Assembly (NCBI GenBank): GCA_051013385.1 | Contig: CP143273.1 | Location: 1,440,001-1,504,000, forward strand | Length of the DNA stretch: 64,000 nucleotides | Direction of reading: 5' to 3' | From: Phormidium sp. | Lineage (GTDB): Bacteria; Cyanobacteriota; Cyanobacteriia; Cyanobacteriales; Aerosakkonemataceae | In this document: in pieces, positions 48,980 through 60,410 of the stretch | Layout: each line of letters begins with the position of its first letter | How positions within the stretch are numbered: the stretch's first letter is position 1 | The notes under the pieces: model-generated | The model's input: only the letters and a program-made list of their open reading frames with translations | Told to the model about the DNA's origin: nothing | Databases searched by the model: none | Program-made: the position numbers and the translations under genes

Positions 48980-49669
48980 ATGTTCTTTCATAAAAAAGAA
49001 ACAATTCATACAGTCAAGATCAACGATCCAAATCCTCGGTTCGCACAACTACTTTTAGAGCAATTTGGCGGAGCAACTGGAGAATTAACCGCCGCTTTAC
49101 AATACTGGGTTCAGTCTTTTCACTGTGAACATCCGGGAATTCGCGATATGTTACAAGATATCGCCATTGAAGAATTTAGTCACTTAGAAATGGTGGGTAA
49201 ATTAATTGAAGGACATACTAAAAATGCCGATCAAACAGAAGCTTATAAAAGCACATTGTTTGCCTTGCGTGGTATAGGCCCACACTTTTTAGATAGTCAA
49301 GGAGTTTCTTGGACTGCGGCTTATATTAACGAAGGTGGCGATGTTGTACGCGACTTACGAGCAGACATTGCTGCGGAAGCTGGTGCTCGTCAAACCTACG
49401 AAGAATTGATTAAATTAGCACCTGATGAAGGCACTAAAAACACTTTGGTACATTTGCTAACTCGCGAAATTTCTCACACCAAAATGTTTATGGAAGCTTT
49501 GCAATCTTTAGGTAAGCTAACCGATCCTTTCTTTGGTAATATTCAACCGGATCAAAGTGTCGATATTTACTACAACTTATCTCAAAACGGTAAGGATGAG
49601 CGTGGGCCTTGGAATTCCGAGCCTAGCTTCCGATATGTTGCTAATCCATTGTCGGAAAAGCAATCCTAA
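48980..49669 (+). CDS. Manganese catalase family protein
   Basis: MFFHKKE, EQFGGATGEL, EEFSHLE, AAEAGAR, REISH. Confidence 0.92.
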   Translation: MFFHKKETIHTVKINDPNPRFAQLLLEQFGGATGELTAALQYWVQSFHCEHPGIRDMLQDIAIEEFSHLEMVGKLIEGHTKNADQTEAYKSTLFALRGIGPHFLDSQGVSWTAAYINEGGDVVRDLRADIAAEAGARQTYEELIKLAPDEGTKNTLVHLLTREISHTKMFMEALQSLGKLTDPFFGNIQPDQSVDIYYNLSQNGKDERGPWNSEPSFRYVANPLSEKQS

Positions 49670-49936
49670 CCACAGAAAGTTAAAGACAGGGAAACTTGAA
49701 CAAACAAAAGGGAGAAGTTTGGCGATCGATTCTCGCCAAACTTCTCTCTTTTCATAAAATTTCTGAATAAAGCTTTTTTTTACCATAAAAAATATGTATA
49801 ATGACAGAAATATTCGATCGCTAAACCTAGACCAAAATGCCAAAGACTTAGATTAGAAACAGTTTATACAGAAAAATCACAAACTCCAAGATATTTATAA
49901 AAAAAGATATCTGAGCCAACGCTTCCATTTAGGATT

Positions 49937-50731
49937 GTGCCCTTGCTATCTGCTTACTTACTTGTCACTCACGGAAGTCGTGACCCTCGTCCCCAAGCTG
50001 CCGTAGAGCAATTAGCGCAATTGCTTTGCCAAAAATTACGCGGGGAAATGCTCACCAAAACTCAGGAACTCACAAATACCGAAACATTAACAAACTCATC
50101 TGTTAATGTGGTAACAGTTAGAGAACCGTTGGTGGGTACAGCTTGTTTAGAATTAGCACCTTTGCCATTGCATGAACAAATTCAACAGTTTGGTAAATAT
50201 GCTTCTTCCGCTGGTTTCAAGCATATTCAAATATTGCCATTATTTCTGCTACCGGGAGTTCATGTTATGGAAGATATCCCCGCAGAAGTAACAAAAGCAA
50301 GGGAAAATTTTGGTTCTGACTTAACAATGGAAGTGCGCCCTTACTTGGGATTTCATCCCCAAATTAGTCAGGTATTAACTTCTAACTTGCAGGGTTTTAA
50401 CGCCGATGCGTGGATTTTGTTATCTCATGGAAGCCGCCGTCAAGGTGCTAATTATCCAGTGGAAGCATTAGCAAATCAATTAGGAGCATTAGTAGCTTAT
50501 TGGTCTGTAGCACCAAGTTGGGAATCTCAGGCAAAAAGTTTACTAATTAAAGGAAAAAAACGCATTGGCATTTTGCCTTATTTCCTATTTTCTGGGGGAA
50601 TTACTGATGCGATCGCACAATCAGTCAAACAAATTAAACAAGAGTACCCAGCGGTTAAATTTCATTTAGCAAAACCCTTGGGAGCCACCTCTGAATTAGC
50701 AGAATTAATCTGGGATTTAACGAGCAAATGA
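49937..50731 (+). CDS. Sirohydrochlorin chelatase (CbiX/SirB family)
   Basis: HGSRDP, PLFLLPGVHVMEDIP, second HGSR. Confidence 0.88.
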   Translation: MPLLSAYLLVTHGSRDPRPQAAVEQLAQLLCQKLRGEMLTKTQELTNTETLTNSSVNVVTVREPLVGTACLELAPLPLHEQIQQFGKYASSAGFKHIQILPLFLLPGVHVMEDIPAEVTKARENFGSDLTMEVRPYLGFHPQISQVLTSNLQGFNADAWILLSHGSRRQGANYPVEALANQLGALVAYWSVAPSWESQAKSLLIKGKKRIGILPYFLFSGGITDAIAQSVKQIKQEYPAVKFHLAKPLGATSELAELIWDLTSK

Positions 50732-51522
50732 ATCAAAACACATTAGAAATTGCACAAGAGAGGACAACATATTTGGGTAAAGTATATTTAGTCGGTGCAG
50801 GCCCCGGAGATCCTGGTTTAATGACACTTAAAGGAAAAGCACTTTTACAATGTGCTGATGTCGTGATTTATGACGCACTTGTTAGCCCTTCAATTTTGGC
50901 AATGATTAACCCGCAAGCCGAAAAAATTGATGCGGGAAAAAGAATGGGTAGACACTCATTATTACAAGAAGAAACAACTAAATTATTAATTGAAAAAGCC
51001 CAAACTCAAGCAATAGTTGTCCGCCTCAAAGGTGGCGATCCTTTTGTGTTTGGTCGTGGCGGCGAAGAAATGGAAGACTTAATTAATGCCGGAGTTTCAG
51101 TAGAGGTAATTCCGGGGATAACATCAGGAATTGCCGCACCAGCTTACGCCGGAATTCCCCTGACGCATCGAAATTATAGTTCTTCAGTCACCTTTGTTAC
51201 TGGTCATGAAAGCGCCGGAAAATATCGTCCTGACATCAATTGGTCTGCGATCGCGCAAGGTTCCGAAACAATTGTAATATACATGGGCGTACATAATTTA
51301 GCCCAAATTGTGCCAAAATTACTAACAGCTGGATTAGCAGCAAATACACCCGTAGCCTTAGTTCGTTGGGGTACTAGACCAGAACAAGAAGAACTAATTG
51401 GCACCCTAGAAACAATCGTTGAACAAGTAGAAACAACTCAGTTCAGCGCCCCAGCGATCGCCATAATTGGTGCTGTCGTAAACCTACATAGTATACTGTC
51501 AGTAGCTCGCCCATCTATATAA
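50728..51522 (+). CDS. cobA: Uroporphyrinogen-III C-methyltransferase
   Basis: VGAGPGDPGL, RLKGGDPFVFGRGGEE, GIPLTHR. Confidence 0.95.
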   Translation: MNQNTLEIAQERTTYLGKVYLVGAGPGDPGLMTLKGKALLQCADVVIYDALVSPSILAMINPQAEKIDAGKRMGRHSLLQEETTKLLIEKAQTQAIVVRLKGGDPFVFGRGGEEMEDLINAGVSVEVIPGITSGIAAPAYAGIPLTHRNYSSSVTFVTGHESAGKYRPDINWSAIAQGSETIVIYMGVHNLAQIVPKLLTAGLAANTPVALVRWGTRPEQEELIGTLETIVEQVETTQFSAPAIAIIGAVVNLHSILSVARPSI

Positions 51523-51529
51523 ACAAACA

Positions 51530-52015
51530 ATGGCTGTTAGTGGAATTACCTCAACCCAAGTAATTCAAACTATATTGGCTCCAGCAGTAATGATTTCCTC
51601 CAGTGCCCTATTTTTTTTAGGATTAAGTTCCCGATATGTGGCACTGTTAACCAGAATTAGATTACTCAACGATGAAAAAAGACATCATAATCGACAACTA
51701 GTTGAACAGGGGAAATTGACCCAGTTCGATCGCAACAGATTAGGTCATATCAACACTCAGATAGATGCTTTATTACGCGCAACATGGTACGTGCGAAACG
51801 CCATTTTGTGCCATATTTTAGCCGTAATTTGTTTTGTGTTGAGTTCATTTGCGATCGCTATCAACTTCCCCATTACTCATCGCCTTATTCAAGGCATACC
51901 CATCTATTTATTTTTAAGCGGAATGTTTTTAGTTTTATGCGGTGTTACCTGTATGGCTTTAGATATTTTTATATCTTCCAGAGTCATCTTAGTAGAAGTT
52001 AAAGATGAAGGTTAA
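51530..52015 (+). CDS. DUF2721-like membrane protein
   Basis: IQTILAPAVMIS; three hydrophobic helices. Confidence 0.75.
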   Translation: MAVSGITSTQVIQTILAPAVMISSSALFFLGLSSRYVALLTRIRLLNDEKRHHNRQLVEQGKLTQFDRNRLGHINTQIDALLRATWYVRNAILCHILAVICFVLSSFAIAINFPITHRLIQGIPIYLFLSGMFLVLCGVTCMALDIFISSRVILVEVKDEG

Positions 52016-52226
52016 CAGAAAAAAACACTTAGTTGCAAAACTTAAACTTTAAATTCGATACAGGGGGAAACAACCCTAAACTTACCTGAAAAATTTGTGT
52101 TAATCTGTCTGTAGAGAGAAAGTGAGCGGTGCAACTAGAAGCCATACCCTCAGCAATATCCCAGAAAAAACTCCTTTTCTCTTTAGGGTGTTGGCGTAAT
52201 CAAAAAAAGATTATAGTGTTATATGA

Positions 52227-53582
52227 TTGGACAACATTTCTGTGCAGCCCTTGTCGATCTATTACCCACATCTATTCCTATTTGTCTATAGCCTGAGAGA
52301 AATACAGGAAGACATTCAACCAACCCCCCAGCAACAATCCTGGGAAAGTTTGCGTAATCGTCTCAAACTTGACCAAGACGCACATAGCAACCCAGAAAGA
52401 AACTACCCCTTTATCGTCGAAGGTCTCGAAGGCGTAACAGGTTTCTATCGCCACTACATCTTGGGAGATACAGATAGTTTATTAGTTTGTTGCAGTACTA
52501 AAGATAAAGAAAACCCCCAAAATTATGATTGCTTTTATGAATTTCAGAAAAAACTAGAAGCTCAAGGCACTATAGGCAAAACATGGCTGATTTTAGGCTA
52601 TGTGAACTCCGCCACCGATCAAGACAAAGAAAAAGCAGCTAAACAAGCTTACCAGTCATTTAGAAAAGATGCCACAGAACCACAACTTAGACCCGGAAAT
52701 CACTTTTTAGGAAGTTCAGTTTTTGAAATTTGGGAATCACCAGAAGATTGGACAAATACCCCAGAACATGAAAATGTACTAATTTGTATTTGTCCCCACA
52801 AAAAGATAGTAGAAAGGATTGAAACTTTTCAATATGAACTAATGTTATTGTTCTATTATCGCCATAAAATTTATTGGAACTATCGCAGTAGTATAAACAT
52901 TAGAAGAATGCTGATCCAGGAGGGTATTTTCCCCGAAACTAACCAAATAAATGAAGCTATTATTAACTGGCCTGAAATCAGCGAGATCGAACGAAAGTTT
53001 GATTACTTCAATCACGAACTTCGGACAAATTTGCATATTTTAGCTAAATATACAATGGCACTGGAAAGTTTGAAAGTGCAACTGCAAAATTTGCGGCAAA
53101 ACCTACAAAACTACCAAAATCACTTAGCAATAATCAAAAGTAAAGCAACTGAAGAAACCGGAATAACTCAACTCAAATTTTTCGAGGAATTTGGCGAATT
53201 TACTGCGGCTGATTATCTGTTGCAAATGGAACAAGATTATCGAATATTAATGCCACAATTACAGGTAAGAGAACAATACATTAATAGTATCCGCACTTTT
53301 ATTGAAATACTTCGAGGCGAACAAGACCGCCAAATAGCCAGTCAAAATACCAAGTTTCAAGATACAGTAATCTTTCTCGGTACTACTATTGGTACTTCTA
53401 CCTTTACAGCCGTTGCTTCCGCACCATTTATAATTAAACAAGCTACTACCTCAAAGTTAAGTCAAACTCCTGAGAATGGTTGGTTCACCTGCATTAGTTT
53501 CTTAATTTTATATTTAGCGATCGGTCTAATTTCCGGTTACTTTGTCTCTCAATGGTGGCGGTTCTCTCAAAAATCTAGATGA
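52227..53582 (+). CDS. Hypothetical protein with a coiled-coil and two C-terminal TM helices
   Basis: 451-aa ORF; start codon uncertain (TTG). Confidence 0.65.
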   Translation: MDNISVQPLSIYYPHLFLFVYSLREIQEDIQPTPQQQSWESLRNRLKLDQDAHSNPERNYPFIVEGLEGVTGFYRHYILGDTDSLLVCCSTKDKENPQNYDCFYEFQKKLEAQGTIGKTWLILGYVNSATDQDKEKAAKQAYQSFRKDATEPQLRPGNHFLGSSVFEIWESPEDWTNTPEHENVLICICPHKKIVERIETFQYELMLLFYYRHKIYWNYRSSINIRRMLIQEGIFPETNQINEAIINWPEISEIERKFDYFNHELRTNLHILAKYTMALESLKVQLQNLRQNLQNYQNHLAIIKSKATEETGITQLKFFEEFGEFTAADYLLQMEQDYRILMPQLQVREQYINSIRTFIEILRGEQDRQIASQNTKFQDTVIFLGTTIGTSTFTAVASAPFIIKQATTSKLSQTPENGWFTCISFLILYLAIGLISGYFVSQWWRFSQKSR

Positions 53583-53602
53583 TTTAAATCGATTGAGATC
53601 CT

Positions 53603-53639
53603 TGAGATCCCCGACTTCTTGAAGAAGTCGGGGATCTCA
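53603..53639. repeat. Dispersed palindrome, copy 4
   Basis: TGAGATCCCCGACTTCTTGAAGAAGTCGGGGATCTCA. Confidence 0.85.
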
Positions 53640-53693
53640 GATCGTAGGGAATCTGGGGAATTACAATAAAAAAGAAGCATTCAGGTAAAAACT

Positions 53694-54671
53694 ATTTCTC
53701 ACTCTCACATCGAACTAGAAGTTCAACAAACTGCTGATTTTCTCAAACAAACTCAAACCGATCGCATAGACGCTTGGTTAGCTAGTCAAGTACCAGACCT
53801 TTCTCGATCGCGCATTCAAAAACTAATTCAACAAGCAAATGTCCAAATTAATGGCGAAGTTTGTACTAGCAAAAATTACACGGTAAAAACAGGCGATCGC
53901 ATCCAGATCGCTATTCCCGAAGCTACAACTTCAGAACTAAAACCAGAAACAATTCCTCTGGATATCCTTTACGAAGATGACCATTTACTCATAATTAACA
54001 AACCAGCTGGTTTAGTCGTTCATCCCGCTGCTGGACACTTCGATGGAACTCTCGTTAATGCTTTGTTAGCTCACTGTCCCTTAGCGGAAATAGGCGGTGT
54101 CCAGCGTCCGGGTATAGTTCACCGCTTGGACAAGGATACTACTGGCGCGATCGCGATCGCCAAAACAGACCAAGCATACCAACACCTGCAAGCACAACTC
54201 AAAGCTAAAACCGCCCGTCGCGAATATTTAGGCGTAGTTTATGGCGCTACCAAAACCGAAAGCGGCACCGTTGACCAACCGATCGGTCGCCATCCCGTAG
54301 ACCGCAAAAAAATGGCAGTTGTCCCCGAAGCAAAAGGCGGTCGTCCCTCAGTCACTCACTGGTGGGTCAAGGAACGCCTGGGAAATTACACTTTGATGCA
54401 CTTCCAGCTAGAAACAGGTCGCACCCACCAAATTCGCGTCCACAGCGCCCACATGGGTCATCCAATCGTTGGTGATCCAGTTTACAGTTCTGGGCGAGAT
54501 GTCGGTGTTAACCTACCCGGACAAGCTTTACACGCTTGGCGACTCTCCCTCCAACATCCGGTTACTGGAGAGTTGGTACAAGTGGCTGCCCCACCTCCCC
54601 ATTCTTTTGTGACTCTCCTGGAAGTTTTGCGGCGGCGTAGCGGTCTACCCCCCAGGTCATTTGAATTTTAA
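53694..54671 (+). CDS. rluD: RluA/RluD family pseudouridine synthase, S4 domain included
   Basis: Frame open from 53670: DRIDAWL..LSRSRIQKLI (S4), INKPAGLVVHP, HRLDKDTTG, TGRTHQIRVH; only plausible start is ATT at 53694. Confidence 0.85.
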   Translation: MSHSHIELEVQQTADFLKQTQTDRIDAWLASQVPDLSRSRIQKLIQQANVQINGEVCTSKNYTVKTGDRIQIAIPEATTSELKPETIPLDILYEDDHLLIINKPAGLVVHPAAGHFDGTLVNALLAHCPLAEIGGVQRPGIVHRLDKDTTGAIAIAKTDQAYQHLQAQLKAKTARREYLGVVYGATKTESGTVDQPIGRHPVDRKKMAVVPEAKGGRPSVTHWWVKERLGNYTLMHFQLETGRTHQIRVHSAHMGHPIVGDPVYSSGRDVGVNLPGQALHAWRLSLQHPVTGELVQVAAPPPHSFVTLLEVLRRRSGLPPRSFEF

Positions 54672-54943
54672 ATTAGCCGTTTCTATCTATCTCTAGATAG
54701 ATGATTTGTGCGATCGCTTTTCTATTTCTCACTCACCCAGCCGCAAAATTCCCCAACCCCCCAGCAATTTGACAAAAATTTTGCCGGAATTTTACATAGC
54801 TATGTAAACTTTCCTTCACATAACTATATAAATTAAACAGAATTTTGGATTTATATATAACTTTATAACCCTTGCTGGCTAAATCTTACAGCCAATACTT
54901 AAGAAAATATAAAAATCAACCACAGCACTGAATATCACCAACA

Positions 54944-54961
54944 CTTGTTAAGGAATGTAAA
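54944..54961 (-). promoter_or_regulatory. HLR1-like (RpaB) site upstream of cpcB
   Basis: Minus strand TTTACATT-CC-TTAACAAG versus consensus KTTACAWW-N2-KTTACAWW. Confidence 0.45.
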
Positions 54962-55373
54962 GAAAATGGGGAAAATCAGGCGGGATAACCCTAATAAATA
55001 AAGGAATTGCAGCGTTTCTCTATACTTAGCTAAGGTATTTAATAATTCGTAATAAATAAATCACAATAGGCAGTGTATAAAAATAACCTGTAGGGACTAG
55101 AAGACAGGCAAAAGTTACACAAAACACTCGTTAAGTAAGTTTGCTCGTTTCTCATAAAAACGTGAACTTTTCTCAGATTTATGCCTTATGCTTGTACAAA
55201 GATGAAGATTGCTCATCGACGAGTCATAAGTCAGAAGGTCAAAACAGTGTTTTGTTGCCTGAAATCTGACACCTGCTAGGCTAATTCAAATTTAAAAGAG
55301 TTAGCTTAACCAGAGATTCCGAAAATTTTCCGCAAAACGCACTCAACAACAATTCAAGTAGGAGATTGAGTAA

Positions 55374-55892
55374 ATGTTAGACGCATTCGCCAAGGTTGTT
55401 TCTCAGGCTGATGCTAAAGGCGAGTTCCTGAGCGCCGGACAATTAGATGCTTTAACCAACATGGTTAAAGAAGGCAACAAGCGCTTAGATGTCGTGAACC
55501 GCATTACCAGCAACGGTTCCACCATCGTTGCTAACGCTGCTCGCGCCTTGTTCGCAGAGCAACCTCAGCTGATCGCTCCTGGCGGAAACGCCTACACCAA
55601 CCGTCGCATGGCTGCTTGCTTGCGCGACATGGAAATCATCTTACGCTATGTTACTTATGCGATTCTCGCAGGTGACTCCAGCGTATTAGACGATCGTTGC
55701 TTAAACGGTCTACGCGAAACCTACCAAGCTCTCGGTACTCCTGGTTCTTCCGTAGCAGTTGGCGTGCAAAAAATGAAAGAAGCAGCAATTGCTATTGCTA
55801 ACGATCCCAACGGTATCAGCAAAGGTGATTGCAGCCAGTTGATCTCTGAAGTAGCTAGCTACTTCGACCGCGCTTCTGCTGCTGTTGCTTAA
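55374..55892 (+). CDS. cpcB: C-phycocyanin beta subunit
   Basis: [26 protein letters not shown]. Confidence 0.98.
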   Translation: MLDAFAKVVSQADAKGEFLSAGQLDALTNMVKEGNKRLDVVNRITSNGSTIVANAARALFAEQPQLIAPGGNAYTNRRMAACLRDMEIILRYVTYAILAGDSSVLDDRCLNGLRETYQALGTPGSSVAVGVQKMKEAAIAIANDPNGISKGDCSQLISEVASYFDRASAAVA

Positions 55893-55970
55893 GAAGCAGA
55901 AAGTGTAACAACACTCTCATTTTTTTAGAACTGTCGTTAGAAAACATCTGCATTTGGAGATACCAACAAC

Positions 55971-56459
55971 ATGAAGACCCCTCTTACCGAAGCGATCGCC
56001 GCAGCCGATACCCAAGGCCGTTTCCTGAGCAACACCGAACTGCAAGTTGCTCGTGGTCGTTTTGAACGCGCATCTGACAGCATGGAAGCTGCTCGTGCTC
56101 TGACCAACAACGCGCAAAGCCTGATCAACGGTGCAGCCCAAGCGGTGTACAACAAATTCCCCTACACCACTCAAATGCAAGGGCCTAACTATGCTTCTAC
56201 CAACGAAGGCAAAGCCAAGTGCGCTCGTGACATCGGCTACTACCTCCGCATGGTAACCTACTGCTTGGTTGCTGGTGGCACAGGTCCAATGGACGAATAC
56301 TTGATTGCTGGTTTGGATGAAATCAACACCACATTTGAGTTGTCTCCCAGCTGGTACGTTGAAGCTTTGAAATATATCAAAGGTAATCACGGTCTGTCTG
56401 GTCAAGCTGCTAACGAAGCTAATACCTACATCGACTACGCGATCAACGCTTTAAGCTAA
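55971..56459 (+). CDS. cpcA: C-phycocyanin alpha subunit
   Basis: [31 protein letters not shown]. Confidence 0.98.
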   Translation: MKTPLTEAIAAADTQGRFLSNTELQVARGRFERASDSMEAARALTNNAQSLINGAAQAVYNKFPYTTQMQGPNYASTNEGKAKCARDIGYYLRMVTYCLVAGGTGPMDEYLIAGLDEINTTFELSPSWYVEALKYIKGNHGLSGQAANEANTYIDYAINALS

Positions 56460-56467
56460 TCGATCGC

Positions 56468-56530
56468 ATGGCCCGGAAAGGTGTGCAGTTGCTGGCTGCA
56501 AAACTAGCAGGTGCGTACTTCTCCGGGCAT
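56468..56530 (+). terminator. Stem-loop after cpcA (partial terminator or mRNA-stabilising hairpin)
   Basis: GCCCGGA...TCCGGGC closing stem. Confidence 0.5.
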
Positions 56531-56581
56531 TGTTGTATCTAAATCAAGTGCTCTGTTTGTTGTGTTGGGAGATTATTAATT

Positions 56582-57445
56582 GTGGCGATAACAGCAGCAG
56601 CATCTCGGTTGGGAACCTCAGCATTTAGCGACAGCGCTAAAGTGGAACTGCGTCCCAATTCCAGCAAAGAAGATGTTCAAAACGTGATTCGAGCCATCTA
56701 CCGTCAGGTACTTGGCAACGACTATTTAATGGCTTCTGAAAGATTGACCAGCGCGGAATCTTTGTTAGCTGATGGCAACATCTCAGTTAGAGAGTTTGTT
56801 CGCATCCTGGCAAAATCAGAGCTATACAAAACCAAATTTTTCTACAACAACTTTCAAACCCGGGTCATTGAACTCAACTACAAACATCTGTTGGGACGTG
56901 CCCCTTATGACGAATCTGAGGTAATTTTCCACCTCGATTTGTGGAATAACGAAGGTTACGACGCAGAAATCGATTCTTACATCGATTCTCCAGAGTACAC
57001 AGCTAACTTTGGCGATAACATCGTACCTTTCTATCGCGGTTTTGAAACCCAACCTGGTCAAAAACAAGTCGGTTTTAACCGGATGTTTAAGTTGTACCGG
57101 GGTTATGCTAACAGCGATCGCGCCCAAGCTCAAGGCAGCAGTTCTCGCCTCGCCCGTGACTTGGCAATGAACTTACCAACAACCATTGTTAAACCTTCCG
57201 GTGGCGATGGCAGTTGGTCATACTACAGCGCTTCCAGCGATATTGCACCTCGCAACTGTTTGGGTGGTTCCTACGGTGAAAGTGGTCGCGTTTATCGCAT
57301 CGAAGTTGCAGGCATTCGCCAACCTGGATACCCAGGAGTACGTCGCAGCAGCGTCGCCTACTTGGTACCCTACGAAAACTTGTCCAACAAAATGCAACAA
57401 GTTCTTCGCGCAGGCGGCAAAATCATTAGCGTTACCCAAGCTTAG
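56582..57445 (+). CDS. cpcC: Phycocyanin rod linker
   Basis: [25 protein letters not shown]-terminal GGKIISV. Confidence 0.95.
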   Translation: MAITAAASRLGTSAFSDSAKVELRPNSSKEDVQNVIRAIYRQVLGNDYLMASERLTSAESLLADGNISVREFVRILAKSELYKTKFFYNNFQTRVIELNYKHLLGRAPYDESEVIFHLDLWNNEGYDAEIDSYIDSPEYTANFGDNIVPFYRGFETQPGQKQVGFNRMFKLYRGYANSDRAQAQGSSSRLARDLAMNLPTTIVKPSGGDGSWSYYSASSDIAPRNCLGGSYGESGRVYRIEVAGIRQPGYPGVRRSSVAYLVPYENLSNKMQQVLRAGGKIISVTQA

Positions 57446-57510
57446 AAATAGTCAATCGATTTTCGATTTTCGATTTTTAAAATCGTAACTTAGGGAATTG
57501 GAGGAATTAA

Positions 57511-57783
57511 ATGCTCGGTCAAACCGCTATCGGTAGCGCTGCTAATACACCCTCTGGTAGCCGCGTTTTTCGTTACGAAGTTGTTGGGTTACGCCAAAAC
57601 GACGAAACTGACAAAAACAACTACTCAATTCGTCGTAGCGGCAGTGTGTTTATCACCGTACCCTACAGCCGCATGAATGAAGAAATGCAGCGCATCACCC
57701 GCTTGGGTGGCAAAATCGTCGGCATTCATCCAATGGGTGCAGAAGAAGCAGCCGCCAAAACACCCGCGAAAGCAGAAGAATAG
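57511..57783 (+). CDS. cpcD: Rod-capping linker
   Basis: SRVFRYEV, VPYSRMNEEMQRITRLGGKIV. Confidence 0.95.
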   Translation: MLGQTAIGSAANTPSGSRVFRYEVVGLRQNDETDKNNYSIRRSGSVFITVPYSRMNEEMQRITRLGGKIVGIHPMGAEEAAAKTPAKAEE

Positions 57784-57803
57784 GGGAAACTTGATTCTCA
57801 GCT

Positions 57804-58634
57804 ATGCAGGAATCCGATCCTGAAAGAATAGGCGGACAGGAAAATTCCCCATCGCTTACCGTAGAGCAAGCGATCGCCAACCTGAGCCACGAAGATACAA
57901 GTCTGCGTTACTATGCAGCTTGGTGGCTGGGTAAGTTTCAGGTGAGAGAACCAGCGGCAATAGAAGCTCTGATTGCAGCTTTAGAAGATGAAGCCGATCG
58001 CACAGAGTTAGGCGGTTATCCCCTCAGACGCAACGCAGCTAGGGCATTAGGAAAACTGGGAGATGTTAGAGCAACACCAGGCTTAATTAAATGTTTGGAT
58101 TGTTCTGATTTCTACGTGCGCGAAGCAGCTGCACAGTCGCTGGGCAAATTGGGCGAGCCAAGTTGTATACCAGTGCTGGAGCAGCTGCTATCTGGTGGTT
58201 TAGCTGCCGCAGTGCCAGTACCGGGAAGACCCCACCTAGCCGAACCTTACGAAGCAGTCATGGAAGCATTGGGCGCATTGGGAGCCAAAACAGCCATCCC
58301 TTTGATTCAACCCTTCCTCGAACACCCAGTCGCACGAGTTCAGTATTCCGCTACTAGAGCTATGTATCAATTGACCCAAGAGCAAATCTACGGGGAACGC
58401 TTGGTACAAGCTTTGTCAGGAAAGGATATTCAACTGCGTCGAGTCGCACTCTCTGACTTAGGTGCAATTGGTTATTTACCAGCAGCAGAAGCGATCGCTA
58501 CTTCCGCAACAGAAAACAGCTTCAAATTAATTGCCCTCAAAGGCATTCTCGAACACCAACTTAACCCAGAACAAGCGCAATCGCTTAATGACGCAGCCAT
58601 CAGAGTTATGACTTTGATGGATTCGCTGTTATAG
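57804..58634 (+). CDS. cpcE: Phycocyanobilin lyase subunit E
   Basis: RYYAAWWLG, GGYPLRRNAARALG; HEAT repeats. Confidence 0.93.
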   Translation: MQESDPERIGGQENSPSLTVEQAIANLSHEDTSLRYYAAWWLGKFQVREPAAIEALIAALEDEADRTELGGYPLRRNAARALGKLGDVRATPGLIKCLDCSDFYVREAAAQSLGKLGEPSCIPVLEQLLSGGLAAAVPVPGRPHLAEPYEAVMEALGALGAKTAIPLIQPFLEHPVARVQYSATRAMYQLTQEQIYGERLVQALSGKDIQLRRVALSDLGAIGYLPAAEAIATSATENSFKLIALKGILEHQLNPEQAQSLNDAAIRVMTLMDSLL

Positions 58635-58750
58635 TCTGTTATTTGTCCTTCGTCATCCGTCATTTGTCCTTTGTCATCTGGGAAAAGTGATTTTTTAAAT
58701 AGTTTGGAGAATTACTTTTACACTCACTATTGACCAATGACCAATGACCT

Positions 58751-59374
58751 ATGACCAATAACCAAATGACCGATCATCAGCAACTTATTCAAGCTGTAGA
58801 ACAAGCAGATTCACCAGAACGCCTGATTACAGCAGTCAACACTCTAGCAGCTGCCCGTTCGGAAGCGGGAATTCCCACACTAATCGCTGCTTTAGGTTAT
58901 AACAACCCCGGAGCAGCACTCGCAGCAGTCGCCGGACTAGTTCAAATGGGAGCAACAGCAGTACCTTTATTATTAGAACTGCTTGATGGGTATAACTATG
59001 GTGCTAGAGCTTATGCGATTCGAGCTTTAGCTGCGATCGCAGATCCCCGCGCCCTAGAAGTTTTACTCAACGCCGCCAAAAGCGACTTCGCCCCTAGCGT
59101 CCGTCGTGCTGCCAGCAAAGGATTGGGAAATTTGCACTGGAATCAACTTGAACCTAGCCATCAGCAACTTGCCCAAGAAAAAGCTTTTCAAACATTAGCA
59201 GAAATCTGCCAAGACACCGATTGGTCGATTCGCTACGCAGCAATTGTTGGCTTGCACACAATGGCTAATCAAACCGATTTCCACAGCAAAATTTTGTCAC
59301 ATTTTCACAAAATGAGCCAAACAGAAACCGACTTAGCAGTTCGCGCTAGAGTGCAATTAGCAATCAATTCCTAA
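58751..59374 (+). CDS. cpcF: Phycocyanobilin lyase subunit F
   Basis: LGYNNPGAA, YNYGARAYAIRAL, DFAPSVRRAA. Confidence 0.93.
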   Translation: MTNNQMTDHQQLIQAVEQADSPERLITAVNTLAAARSEAGIPTLIAALGYNNPGAALAAVAGLVQMGATAVPLLLELLDGYNYGARAYAIRALAAIADPRALEVLLNAAKSDFAPSVRRAASKGLGNLHWNQLEPSHQQLAQEKAFQTLAEICQDTDWSIRYAAIVGLHTMANQTDFHSKILSHFHKMSQTETDLAVRARVQLAINS

Positions 59375-59480
59375 TTTTGTCATTCGTCATTTGTCCTTAG
59401 TTATTTGTTAGCAAATAATCACCAATGACATAAGACCAATGACATAAGACTAATCAACTAGCAAAAGAGAACTAGTTAAA

Positions 59481-60320
59481 ATGTCAATACCACTCCTAGA
59501 AATTACTCCCACCACGCAAAATCAGCGTGTACCCGGTTACGAAGTTCCTGATGAAGATGATTCCCCAATGTATCGTCTGGCAGATGCCATTTCTGATGCA
59601 GACATTGATGCCCTAATTTGGGCTGGATATCGCCAAATCTTCAGCGAACACCTGATTTTAGAAAGTCACCGTCAACCATCCTTAGAATCTCTCCTAAGAA
59701 ATCGAGTGATTTCTGTTAGAGAGTTTATTCGCGGATTAGGAAAATCTGAAGTTTACCGGGAATTGGTAGCAGATACTAACTCGAATTATCGGTTAGTTGA
59801 CATCACTTTCAAACGCTTCTTAGGACGCGCAACATACAACAAAGATGAGCAAATCTCTTGGTCAATTGTAATTGCTACTAAGGGATTACATGGCTTTATT
59901 GATGCCATTGTTGATGGGGAAGAATATGCCCAAAACTTCGGTGATGACATTGTTCCTTATCAACGCCGTCGCTTCAACGAAAGACCTTTTAACTTAGTTA
60001 ATCCTCGTTATAGCGATTACTGGCGCACTCGCCAAATTGCCCTAGAAGGTCGTACCTACTACGAAGTAAAAATCTCCGGTCAAGGAAACTCAGAAAAACG
60101 CTCAGTGCGTTCTGCTATTCCCAACACATTTTTGGAAATGGCAAAGGGTATTGTGACACCACAAATCGACTTTCAACGCGATCGCGATCGGGCAATTAAC
60201 ACCGCCAGAAGCGTCCAAATTCCCGAAATGACTCGCAAAGGTAGCACTGTTAAACCATCAGTCAGCCGCACGGAAGTTTCCCTTCCTTACAGCTATATAC
60301 CTGCTGATCCTAAAGTCTAG
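59481..60320 (+). CDS. cpcG: Rod-core linker CpcG, paralog 1
   Basis: MSIPLL..QNQRV, YRQIFSEH, VPYQRRR. Confidence 0.9.
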   Translation: MSIPLLEITPTTQNQRVPGYEVPDEDDSPMYRLADAISDADIDALIWAGYRQIFSEHLILESHRQPSLESLLRNRVISVREFIRGLGKSEVYRELVADTNSNYRLVDITFKRFLGRATYNKDEQISWSIVIATKGLHGFIDAIVDGEEYAQNFGDDIVPYQRRRFNERPFNLVNPRYSDYWRTRQIALEGRTYYEVKISGQGNSEKRSVRSAIPNTFLEMAKGIVTPQIDFQRDRDRAINTARSVQIPEMTRKGSTVKPSVSRTEVSLPYSYIPADPKV

Positions 60321-60410
60321 TAATTTTAGATTTTAGGGTTTAAATTTTAGATTAAATCCAAATCTAAAATTTTTCACCCAGCAAACAACTAAAAACACAA
60401 AAAGAGACTC

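Noticed and set aside
55917..57488. Overlapping alternative ORFs in cpcA/cpcC
   Set aside because: Codon-bias shadows of highly expressed genes.
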